64,000 nt of DNA from a candidate division FCPU426 bacterium (GTDB lineage Bacteria; Oederibacteriota; JAAXVQ01; JAUVAV01). The position numbers and the translations under genes are program-made. The notes under the pieces are model-generated. The model was not told where the DNA came from. It saw nothing but the letters and a program-made list of their open reading frames with translations, and did no database searches. Shown here in pieces: positions 55,277 through 64,000 of the stretch. Position 1 is the stretch's first letter. The number at the start of each line of letters is the position of its first letter. The stretch is taken from assembly GCA_040756875.1 (NCBI GenBank), contig JBFLYH010000002.1:1023078-1087077 (forward strand), in the 5' to 3' direction.

Positions 55277-58200
55277 ATGAAAACCATTACCCAGTTCTGG
55301 TCACAAGCAGCCATCCTGAGCCGGCAATTATGGCGTGTGGCACGGGAACGGCACCGAAAAGTCATTTCCCTGGTGCTGGCCATGATCTTCGTCTTTACCA
55401 TGACCGGTATGGATACGATCCTCGCCTATGGTTTCGACAACAACCGCCACGAAAACTACGATCAGCAAAACGACCTGCTTCCGCCCGCCAATCCCTTGGA
55501 ACAAGCCCAACCGGACGCTTTCATTTCCGTCAATGCGCCCACGGATAAAAAGGCCGATGTGGCGGACACCCGCCTCAACGTGCTCAAAGCCGAATACGGC
55601 GACCTGCTTTCCACAGTGTCCCTGCAAACCGTAGCCGAAAAAACGCTCGCCGGTGTAAGCGTGGACACGGCTTTGAAATGGGTGGCTGAAGTCGTGGCGC
55701 CCAAAGGCGAGCAACCGGCCGGCACCCAACCTGAGGAGGAGACGACCGAACAACCGGCTGTGGATCCCTCGCTGCTGGCGGATGTAGCCACCACCAGCCA
55801 GGGGCCGTTGAGTCTCAGTCTTAATCTGGACGGATTGAGCGGCAAAGGACGCCTGAGCGACGAGACCGATCTGGCACAACTGCCGATTCCGGCTGAAATG
55901 TTACCCAAGGAAATAACGCCAAGCGAACAGCCCGAAACCGTGGAACCGGCAGCTGTAGCCCAGGAGACGCAGCCGTCCGCGCAGCCGCTGGAGGCCGGGC
56001 TGCCAAAGGTCGACGAGAGCGCGAAACCGGAGCAGCCGGTCGAGGGCGGCCAGTTGCCTGAAATTCAAGTGGTGGAGCAACCGAAGGATCAAGGCGGGGA
56101 AACGAAGGTTACGGAGACCGAGGAGACGGAGAAAAAGAACAATGCCGAAACGTCTCTGGCGGACCTGACCAAGCAGTTTCTGGCGCTTTTGGGCATGAAC
56201 GACAAGTTGAAAGAGGACACCGCGGCCAAGACCGAAGAGACCAAGCTGCCCGAGGAAACAACGGAAACGGGAAGCAAGGAAACCGTTCTGCCGGAAGACG
56301 CCCAGGCGAAGAAAGACGGAACCGAGACCCTTGCCGAAGGGGAAGAGAAGCCTAAGACCGAGGTCGAACAGCCGGCGGCGGAGGAAAAACCCGAGGGCGA
56401 AGAAAAGGTGGCCAAGGAGGAAAAGGAGGAGGACGGCGAACAGCCGGCCGAGGACAAGGACAACGAAGGGGATGAAAAACGGGCCGAATTGCCTGACCAG
56501 GTGCTGCGTCTGCTGGGCTTGGGGGAGAAGGATAAAGAGACGGAGAAGGACACGGAAGTCGAGGGACCGGACAGCCTGGAAGATTTCTTCGCCTTGCTGG
56601 GCGACGAAGAACGCAAAGAAGACGGGGAGACGTCCTCGAAGGAAGTGGACCTGGATGTGGATGCCTTGCTTGACGAACTCAATGCCCAGGGCATCGAGCC
56701 GCCCAAAGAAATCGATGAGCCGGCATCCATGCTGGCGGATTTGGTAGACCGCCCCCAGACCGAAGAAAAACCCGAAGAGACCTTGCTGCCTGAGACCGAG
56801 CAGCCAGTGGAAAACACGGATACCGTGCTTACGGATGATACGGAAATCGCCCTGGTGGGTCCGGAAGCCGGAATGGTGGAGGAAGAGAAAGAACCCAAAG
56901 AAACCGAGGGGACCGCGCCCACCGAAAACAAACCGGAAGAGACCGATGGCGTGGAAGCTGCGAGCATCCATGCCCTGCCGGATGTGACACAACTGCGCCA
57001 GGAAGCGCTGTTGGTGAACATCCTGGGCACGGATGCGACCCAACAACCGGAAACGAATCTGGCGGCCGAGGTCAGCGACGCCTTCAAGCGCGGCGCATCC
57101 ATGATCTTGGGCCCGGACGCCAATTTGCCGGAGTCTTTATCGCCTGCAACCACCCAGCTGGAGCCGGCAGGCGTTTCAGAGGCGACGCTGCCTGCCACGG
57201 TGGGTACCATCCCGCAGGTTTTCATCGAACAAATCAGCGCCAACCTGACCGCTGCCGACGAACAGGGGGCGGCAGCCACCCAGGCGGGTCCAGAGGACAT
57301 TCGCGGCACCCGTTCGAGCGCCCTGGCGGATCTCTTGAATGTATCCGAGGATGAATCACGAGTTCCCACGGCGCCCGGCGTCATCATCAACCAACAGAGC
57401 ACAGACAGGACTCCGGATTATTGGGCCGGCGGTTCGGCCTGGGACATCGCGCGCATTTACGGCCACCCCGAACAGCCGGAACAGGAAAACCCGGATCCCG
57501 AATGTACGGATTTCCTGGGCCTGGCCATTGTCATGTTCATTTTCCAGGGCCCAAAAGCTATGATGGACTTCTTCCAGAACCCCAGCCTGGAAACCTTCAT
57601 GGAAATGTTCATGATTCTTACTGATCCGGTGTATTACATCTACAAGATCGTGGATGCCTTGATCAATTTCAGCTGGGATACCATGCAGGAGTTCGGTGAA
57701 TTCGCCAATTCGCCGTTCGGCAAGCTCTTCATGTTCATCATATCCGTGGTCCTGACGATTTTCACGTGCGGGTCAGCGGCCCCGATCCTCATCGCGCTCA
57801 TCATCCTGATTGAACTCATTCAGACATTCGTGCCTTTGCCTAAATGGCTGGATATTGCGCTCTCAATCGTCAAAGCGGCCTTGGGCGGATGGGCCAGCGC
57901 CATTAAAGATACTTTCAAGCAAGCCATCACGGAAGTGGTGAAAAATGTCATCCAAGCTATATCCGATTTGATTAAAACCTTAACCAAGGATGTTTTGAAA
58001 GCGATTATCAAAGCGGTTTTGAAAGAAACCATCGTTCAAATTTTACAGGAAGTCCTGCCCGAGGACCTTTTGTTCTATATGCCTTTGATCAGCATTATGG
58101 CCGATTGGCTGGCCGCCGGCTTGACGGAAATGTTCATGGGTGAGGACGGCAAAGGCTTTACGGATGGTTTTGTCAAAGCCTTCAAGCAGTCATTCAATAT

Positions 58201-61200
58201 TACGCCGGAAACGTTCTCGACCTTTACAGGATTTGTAAAATTCATGACTTCCCCGGCCATGCGGGCCGGGTTGGCTTTCTTGATACAGTCTTTGTTTGTT
58301 AACAGTGGAGAGGAAAACGGTGCCAAGGCCGCCCAGGACCGCCGGGCTGGCGCGATTTGGGGCGCGATGGCCAGCGGGTTCTTGGGGTGGGTGGATGCCA
58401 GCGTCAGCACGCGCATTCCGCTGACGTTTATGCAGCAGGTCGGCATGTTCCTGTTCAATTTTGTTCGTCCGGTGGTGGCCAAGACCGTATCCACCATTGT
58501 CAGCCAGTATGCTCCATCCGATTCGAACGGTGGCGCCAAATGGGGAGACAACCAGAAGTATTTCGTGGCCAATACCTGGGGTACCATCGCCGAACGGATG
58601 GTTCCCGGCTATCAAGTTGATCAGAGCGGAGCCCGTTGGTCCTGGCTGCCCACGGAAATAGCGTCCGTTTTTTCCAGTGATTCCATGTCCTCTGGCAATG
58701 CTTCCACAGCGGCAGGAAGCATGGGCGACAGCAAAGGGATTCAGGGCGCTTCTGCAGGTCAAGCGGGATTCCTGAACGGCGTCCAGGCGGCCGAGCAACT
58801 GGGGCCGGCAAACAGCGAGGTTCAGCAAGCTGAGATGCCGGCTAAAGTCGAAGCCCAATCGCCTATTTCAACGGACAGCCATGCAGTAAAAGAGGAATCC
58901 GAGATTACCGAGAGCGAATCGCCTTTCAACGAGATGGAACAGCAACTCAATTTGGGCCAGGAAATCCAAAATCCGAATCAAAATGCTCCGCAACAACAGC
59001 AACAAAATCTGGAACAGCAGCGCTCGGCCAGCGGCCTGCCTAAGCAGACCGAAGAGAAAAAGGCTGAAGCGCCTTCCCGTAGCGAACAGCAAATACAGCA
59101 GCAGCAACCCAAGCAACAGCCGGAGAAACAGCCTGAAAAATTGGAAACACCCTATGAGCAGCCGCAATACAACCAGCAGGAATCCCTTCCCGACAACAAT
59201 AATAATGAGCGTGAGGAATTAAACAGCCCCAGCTTGGATAACAGCAACCGGGACAACGAGATGGAAGTCCCGCAGGACCCGATGCAGGAAGTCAAGGACT
59301 TGAAACTGCCCGGGGCGCACATGCCTCAAAAGGGAGAGCTTAAGCAAGGCGACGAGCTCGAGCGCCTGGATGAAATTAAAACGCCGAAGGGGAGCACCGT
59401 GGAGAAGACGGCTTCCGAGGCATTGAACGACGGCAATGGACAGGGAGACGGAAACGGGCAAGGCGGAGGCAACGGCGCGGGTCAAGGGGATAATGGGGTG
59501 GAAGCTTACCAGGGTGTGACTCAAAATATGCAAATGAACCTGAGCCAGCACCGCGAGCAATTGGAAACCATGAAACAGACCGGTGAATTGCCGGCCAAAT
59601 TTGCTCCGGCTGAGAATTCGACGGTGCGAACCGCCACTTTAGCGTCGGACAGCATCCCCACGGATTCGGCGTTGGGGCAGGTGGTGGAAAACCTAACCCG
59701 CGAGGGCAGCTTGCCCTATGGCGGCGACTTCAATTTGAAAGTTGAGACCTTCCAAAATCAAGCCGGCAATCAAATCATGGCTGTGAGCAGCATCGACGCG
59801 TCCACCGGACAAACTCAGCTTCTGGCTCTGACCGAAAAAATCGGAAATGAGCACATTACCACCACTTTCCGCGAGAACACGGAAGGGCCGGGGGCCGTGG
59901 CAAACGTGTATGCCGGCGACCAGAAGGGCGATGCGCTGATGGCCAATGATTTCGCCATCCCGGATTTGGATGTTAAACGGGGATTGGGCGAATTGACCAA
60001 AGGGAGCGGACTAAGCGGCCGGGAACAAGCCAAAGCCGGCGGCGAGCGCCTTCTGGAAGGTGATCAATTGGAAGAAACCGGAGAGACGTCGCGAGGTTCT
60101 GACCGCAACCGTCCGGGCGAGAACAAGGACCAAGACGCCATGGCAGCCGGGGCGTTTAAAGGTGGAAAAGGTTCGGGTCCTGGGGGAGAGAACAGCGGAA
60201 AGGCGGAGGGATGGAACCAGGGTTCGGACGCTACATTATATAAAGGCGAGAATGGCGGGTTGGAAGTGAAAGGTAGCATGGATGCCCTCAAGCAGGTCAT
60301 GGATGCCAGCGGTCAGGTGGACCTGAGCAAACTCTCGGGCCGGCAAAATGCGGATGGCACTATGACATACGAAGCGCCGGGTGTTCAGATCACGGCCACG
60401 CCGGCGGCATTGAATGAGGCCACTGCCGGGGGGAGCAGTCTGGATATGAGCCGGCTGCAGCCGGTGGCAGGTGAGCAGCTTCCTGCAACGCTCACAAACA
60501 ACGACGGATTGGATATCCGGGGCAGCCCGCAAGCATTGGACAAGCTGAAGGACGCCAACGGCCAGTTGGATCTCAAGCAATTCTCAGCTCAGACCATGAA
60601 GGACGGCACGGTGAAACTGCAGGGGCCGGAAGGCGTGGAAATTTCAGGCACGCCGGATGCCCTGGCCAAGGCTGCTGGCAAGGAAAACCAGTTGGACCTG
60701 GGAAAATTCCAACCGAAGTCATCAGAGGCCCAAGCAGGGAAAACCACGGTGACCGAACCGCCCAAGAACTTCGAGGCGCCTCCGGCCGAGCAGAACGATA
60801 AAGCTGTAGGCGAAGGCACCAGCCTGATCAGTTCGAACAAGGAGATCGACCCCTCGCGCCGCGATGTCAAAATGAGCGAACAGGAAGGGCCGCGTCCTGC
60901 CACTCCGGACAAGCCCCAGGAAATAACCTCGGGCCAGGTGGAAGTTCCCAAAAAGTACAATTTGTTCCAAACCGCCATGGCCAAGCTTTTCACCTTGGGC
61001 AGTTGGGAACCGGGGACCACAATGGCCACGACCTACACCTTCGAGGTGGACGGCCGCACTGTCTCTATGCAGTTTGTTCCCGAAAGAACGGGATCAGGCA
61101 ATGCGGTAGGCAGCATGGATGTTAAAGGAAGCGACGGCGAAACGTATAAAGTCACCCTGGGGAGCAATGGCGAGGTAACGGGTGTCATGCAATACGTGGT

Positions 61201-64000
61201 GGCTGGCGGCTTCTGGAAAGGCACGCTGGCCCTACGGCCCGTGGGCGGCAACGAGGCGTTTGCGTTCAATGAATGGGGCGAAATGGACCGCCTCTACACT
61301 AAAAATGCGGACGGATCGTGGACCCTTTCCAAGGAGCGCAAATACACGCAGGATGCACAGGGGCGCTGGGTCGGCGCCATGATCGATGCGAACGTGGCCG
61401 GCCAGTTGAGCAAGGATGAATTGCGGAACCTGATTCTGGCCATGAATGCGGATCCCGCGGTGTTGGCGCAAAACCGCAGTTACCAGGATTACCTGAAGGA
61501 CCTGAAACTCACCCCCGGCACAGCTGAATACGATGCCAAATTGAAGGAACTGGCTTTGCCGCTCGGTCTTTCCGCCATCCAGCAGGCCCAATCGTACGTG
61601 AACCAACTGCTTTCGCAGGGCGCGACTGGATCGAAACTGGAGTCGGCTTACCGCACCCTGGCGTTGGCCGAGCAGAAGGTATATTCCCTGGATCAAACGA
61701 AGGTGAACTTCGCATCGCTGGTCGAGCATGCCCGTTTGAGCCAGGACGCGCCTCTAATGTTGAAAGCCGCGGATTACCAGTTGTCCCAGGGCGATAAATC
61801 CGGGGCGGTTGTCACGCTTCAAGCTGCGCTGACATCGCTGCGGAATTTGCCTCCGACGCCGCTGACGATGGACCAGGCCTTGCGGGGGCTGGAGCTGCTG
61901 CAACAAGCGGGGCAGACTGAGACTCAGGTCTATCAAACCACGCTGACGTTTGTCGAAAACCAGCTCAAAGTGTCTGCCTTGACGCCCCTGACCCTGTCCC
62001 AATCACTGCGGCTGAACGAGGTGGCGGGCAGTGCCGTGGTGTCGGACGAACGCCTTATGCAATTGCGGAACGCGGTGGAGTCCGTGGTCAACGACAACCA
62101 GGCGAAAATCAAGGCAGGCAGCAGCTATACGGTGCAGGGATTCGGTGTGATCAGCAAAAGTGCGACCGGCGACGTGACGGTGCAGACGCAGGTGTCCGAA
62201 GACACGGCGGCCTCGATCACCTTTAAGGCGGTGAAAGAGGAGCGGCCGTTTGAGCCGGCCGGGCGGTTGGAAATGGAGCAGGTAGTAGTGGTCGACAACC
62301 TGGGAGTGCTGCAGATGTTCGCCGCGCAGCCCGAGGGATTTGCCCTGACCACGGTCGGCTTGACAAAGACCGTTACCATCGGCAACAAAACCTTCACCAC
62401 CAGGATTCTCAGCGATATCAATAACACCACCGGCCAGGCTGCCGGTACGATCAAAGTGGACGACAAGATCTATTCCGTGCGGGTCAATCTGGAAACCGGG
62501 GACGTGCAGGTGAAGCTGGAAGCGGAAAAGCCCGCGGGCAAACTGGACTTGTCCGCCTGGAATCGTGCGCGCCTGACGTTTGTCAATGGCGAGGCGTATT
62601 TTACGATCAACGGAAAGACGGAAAAAGCACAGGTGATTAATCAGGTTACAGCCGAACAGCTGCAGCAACTGAATGTTCCGGCCAACCAGGCCAAGGTCAT
62701 TGCCGACCTGCTGAAGGGCCGGAGCGGATACCTGGCCTCGGACGGAACGATATTCGTCGGAACGCAGCAGGAAATTGAAGCGGGAAATTATTTTGTCGCA
62801 GGCCGCAACCAATTCGGCACCAATCAAAACGACCTGGGATATTTGGCGAAATTTGTGGATGGCAATTTGCAGCGCGTTGATTTGTCGGACGGGAAAATCA
62901 TCTCGGTTCTGAGCAAAGACCTGAGCCGATACACGGTGACGCAATACAGCGAGGACGGGAAACGGGTGGCGGTTTCGCTGTATGAAAAAAGTGCGCTGGT
63001 GGGGACCAAACTGATCCTGCGTGATATCAATAACGTCGCGCTTCTCTATGATGCCAAAGGCCAATTGACGCAGGCCAGCCGGGAGAGCCTGCGGCATCTC
63101 CAGGCCCAAGGGGTGCAGTTCAACGAGGTTCAGGGCGGCTTTACCCTGCGGTACAAGGACCAGGAGTCGGCGTTCACGGCGAACGGGCGGCCGCTGGCGA
63201 CCGGCAACAAGGAACAGGGGGCGGGCGAAGGCGGGAGCAAAGAAGGCACCTCGGAGCAGCAGAAGAGCGGGACAAGTTCGCAGCAGACGCTGGAATTCTT
63301 CGACCAGCAGGCAATAACCTTGAACATCGCCAGTTACAAGGATCCGGATGGCATCCGGATCAAGACCAACAACTTTGAGTATACCACGATCACGGTGCAG
63401 GCCTCGACCAACGGAGAAGTGACCAAGGTCGTGCTAAAAAGCACGGTTACGGCCCAGGTCACACAGCGCATTGTGTCGAATGACAGCCAAACCATGACCG
63501 AGACCGGGCGATTCCGGAACTCAGGCGAGCTGGAAAAGGGCACGCGGCATTTGGTGGCCTCCAAACTCACCCAGACGGACGATAAAACCGGCCAGACAAT
63601 AACGCGTACCAATGTGGATAGCTTGAGTGAGATAGAGGATGGCAAAGAGAAAAGCAATCGCATGACGTTTGAGCTGGAAGAACTCAGGAATCAGGCGGGT
63701 AATCTCATCCGCATGGTGGAACGCGGCGAGTATATCAGCAAGATGGTCGGCGGAAAACTCGAAACACATCTGGAAAACGGCCGCGTACAGGAATGGGGCA
63801 GCGGGACCATCAATGGCGTTCAATACACAAATTACCACACCACGACAAACATCGTAAACGGCGAGCAGAGACTAGAATCGATGACGTTCGCCCGCGCGGA
63901 AAGCATGGAAAACGGCGTCAAGCGCGTCATCACCAACGGACGGTACCAGGGATTCTACAACGAAGCCGCGAAAAAATGGGACGTCAAGCTGCAAAGCGGG
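55277..64000 (+). CDS. Giant secreted protein, at least 2908 aa, 3'-truncated by the window edge (absent from the ORF track)
   Basis: ATG 55277 after gaggtgagga. Reads MKTITQFWSQ..RHRKVISLVLAMIFVFTMTG.. and is still open at the end (..EAAKKWDVKLQSG). The track lists no closed ORF in this frame past 55277, as expected if no stop occurs. Confidence 0.9.
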   Translation, partial: MKTITQFWSQAAILSRQLWRVARERHRKVISLVLAMIFVFTMTGMDTILAYGFDNNRHENYDQQNDLLPPANPLEQAQPDAFISVNAPTDKKADVADTRLNVLKAEYGDLLSTVSLQTVAEKTLAGVSVDTALKWVAEVVAPKGEQPAGTQPEEETTEQPAVDPSLLADVATTSQGPLSLSLNLDGLSGKGRLSDETDLAQLPIPAEMLPKEITPSEQPETVEPAAVAQETQPSAQPLEAGLPKVDESAKPEQPVEGGQLPEIQVVEQPKDQGGETKVTETEETEKKNNAETSLADLTKQFLALLGMNDKLKEDTAAKTEETKLPEETTETGSKETVLPEDAQAKKDGTETLAEGEEKPKTEVEQPAAEEKPEGEEKVAKEEKEEDGEQPAEDKDNEGDEKRAELPDQVLRLLGLGEKDKETEKDTEVEGPDSLEDFFALLGDEERKEDGETSSKEVDLDVDALLDELNAQGIEPPKEIDEPASMLADLVDRPQTEEKPEETLLPETEQPVENTDTVLTDDTEIALVGPEAGMVEEEKEPKETEGTAPTENKPEETDGVEAASIHALPDVTQLRQEALLVNILGTDATQQPETNLAAEVSDAFKRGASMILGPDANLPESLSPATTQLEPAGVSEATLPATVGTIPQVFIEQISANLTAADEQGAAATQAGPEDIRGTRSSALADLLNVSEDESRVPTAPGVIINQQSTDRTPDYWAGGSAWDIARIYGHPEQPEQENPDPECTDFLGLAIVMFIFQGPKAMMDFFQNPSLETFMEMFMILTDPVYYIYKIVDALINFSWDTMQEFGEFANSPFGKLFMFIISVVLTIFTCGSAAPILIALIILIELIQTFVPLPKWLDIALSIVKAALGGWASAIKDTFKQAITEVVKNVIQAISDLIKTLTKDVLKAIIKAVLKETIVQILQEVLPEDLLFYMPLISIMADWLAAGLTEMFMGEDGKGFTDGFVKAFKQSFNITPETFSTFTGFVKFMTSPAMRAGLAFLIQSLFVNSGEENGAKAAQDRRAGAIWGAMASGFLGWVDASVSTRIPLTFMQQVGMFLFNFVRPVVAKTVSTIVSQYAPSDSNGGAKWGDNQKYFVANTWGTIAERMVPGYQVDQSGARWSWLPTEIASVFSSDSMSSGNASTAAGSMGDSKGIQGASAGQAGFLNGVQAAEQLGPANSEVQQAEMPAKVEAQSPISTDSHAVKEESEITESESPFNEMEQQLNLGQEIQNPNQNAPQQQQQNLEQQRSASGLPKQTEEKKAEAPSRSEQQIQQQQPKQQPEKQPEKLETPYEQPQYNQQESLPDNNNNEREELNSPSLDNSNRDNEMEVPQDPMQEVKDLKLPGAHMPQKGELKQGDELERLDEIKTPKGSTVEKTASEALNDGNGQGDGNGQGGGNGAGQGDNGVEAYQGVTQNMQMNLSQHREQLETMKQTGELPAKFAPAENSTVRTATLASDSIPTDSALGQVVENLTREGSLPYGGDFNLKVETFQNQAGNQIMAVSSIDASTGQTQLLALTEKIGNEHITTTFRENTEGPGAVANVYAGDQKGDALMANDFAIPDLDVKRGLGELTKGSGLSGREQAKAGGERLLEGDQLEETGETSRGSDRNRPGENKDQDAMAAGAFKGGKGSGPGGENSGKAEGWNQGSDATLYKGENGGLEVKGSMDALKQVMDASGQVDLSKLSGRQNADGTMTYEAPGVQITATPAALNEATAGGSSLDMSRLQPVAGEQLPATLTNNDGLDIRGSPQALDKLKDANGQLDLKQFSAQTMKDGTVKLQGPEGVEISGTPDALAKAAGKENQLDLGKFQPKSSEAQAGKTTVTEPPKNFEAPPAEQNDKAVGEGTSLISSNKEIDPSRRDVKMSEQEGPRPATPDKPQEITSGQVEVPKKYNLFQTAMAKLFTLGSWEPGTTMATTYTFEVDGRTVSMQFVPERTGSGNAVGSMDVKGSDGETYKVTLGSNGEVTGVMQYVVAGGFWKGTLALRPVGGNEAFAFNEWGEMDRLYTKNADGSWTLSKERKYTQDAQGRWVGAMIDANVAGQLSKDELRNLILAMNADPAVLAQNRSYQDYLKDLKLTPGTAEYDAKLKELALPLGLSAIQQAQSYVNQLLSQGATGSKLESAYRTLALAEQKVYSLDQTKVNFASLVEHARLSQDAPLMLKAADYQLSQGDKSGAVVTLQAALTSLRNLPPTPLTMDQALRGLELLQQAGQTETQVYQTTLTFVENQLKVSALTPLTLSQSLRLNEVAGSAVVSDERLMQLRNAVESVVNDNQAKIKAGSSYTVQGFGVISKSATGDVTVQTQVSEDTAASITFKAVKEERPFEPAGRLEMEQVVVVDNLGVLQMFAAQPEGFALTTVGLTKTVTIGNKTFTTRILSDINNTTGQAAGTIKVDDKIYSVRVNLETGDVQVKLEAEKPAGKLDLSAWNRARLTFVNGEAYFTINGKTEKAQVINQVTAEQLQQLNVPANQAKVIADLLKGRSGYLASDGTIFVGTQQEIEAGNYFVAGRNQFGTNQNDLGYLAKFVDGNLQRVDLSDGKIISVLSKDLSRYTVTQYSEDGKRVAVSLYEKSALVGTKLILRDINNVALLYDAKGQLTQASRESLRHLQAQGVQFNEVQGGFTLRYKDQESAFTANGRPLATGNKEQGAGEGGSKEGTSEQQKSGTSSQQTLEFFDQQAITLNIASYKDPDGIRIKTNNFEYTTITVQASTNGEVTKVVLKSTVTAQVTQRIVSNDSQTMTETGRFRNSGELEKGTRHLVASKLTQTDDKTGQTITRTNVDSLSEIEDGKEKSNRMTFELEELRNQAGNLIRMVERGEYISKMVGGKLETHLENGRVQEWGSGTINGVQYTNYHTTTNIVNGEQRLESMTFARAESMENGVKRVITNGRYQGFYNEAAKKWDVKLQSG

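Noticed and set aside
55328-63857. Many short ORFs in the track suggesting a non-coding or pseudogene region
   Set aside because: All are explained as shadows of the single uninterrupted frame starting at 55277.

Overview
Gene-dense, mostly GC-rich bacterial window from a diderm (lnt, OmpA and PorV-like beta-barrel genes are present). About 1-9 kb and 19-42 kb form a large surface-glycan locus. It contains a flippase, GT2/GT4 enzymes, several methyltransferases, five GT-C-like membrane glycosyltransferases (two with PA14-like domains), a DegT aminotransferase, a B12 radical SAM enzyme and an apparently complete GDP-heptose pathway (hddA, hddC, gmhA, gmhB plus a transaldolase). Embedded at 9.3-17.5 kb is a polymorphic-toxin-like module. 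Its 2259-aa secreted protein has a catalytically degenerate N-terminal lipase fold, a long helical stalk, an in-frame palindromic repeat insertion and an AT-rich, intact AHSQG hydrolase tip, and is followed by two candidate immunity genes. 42.7-48 kb encodes T9SS-like parts (PorV-like barrel, Thr/Pro-linker CTD-like protein, PorV-OmpA fusion, NHL protein). Housekeeping genes follow (amrB, cutA, GAF/HD-GYP, split transketolase, lnt). The last 8.7 kb is a single stop-free giant ORF (55277 to beyond 64000, at least 2908 codons) that the ORF track missed. It has a signal peptide, an acidic spacer, a translocator-like hydrophobic hairpin and internal repeats, and sits behind a near-consensus sigma70 promoter overlapped by a palindromic operator candidate. 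No CRISPR array, rRNA, tRNA or transposase was recognised. All calls are by eye; no database search was run.
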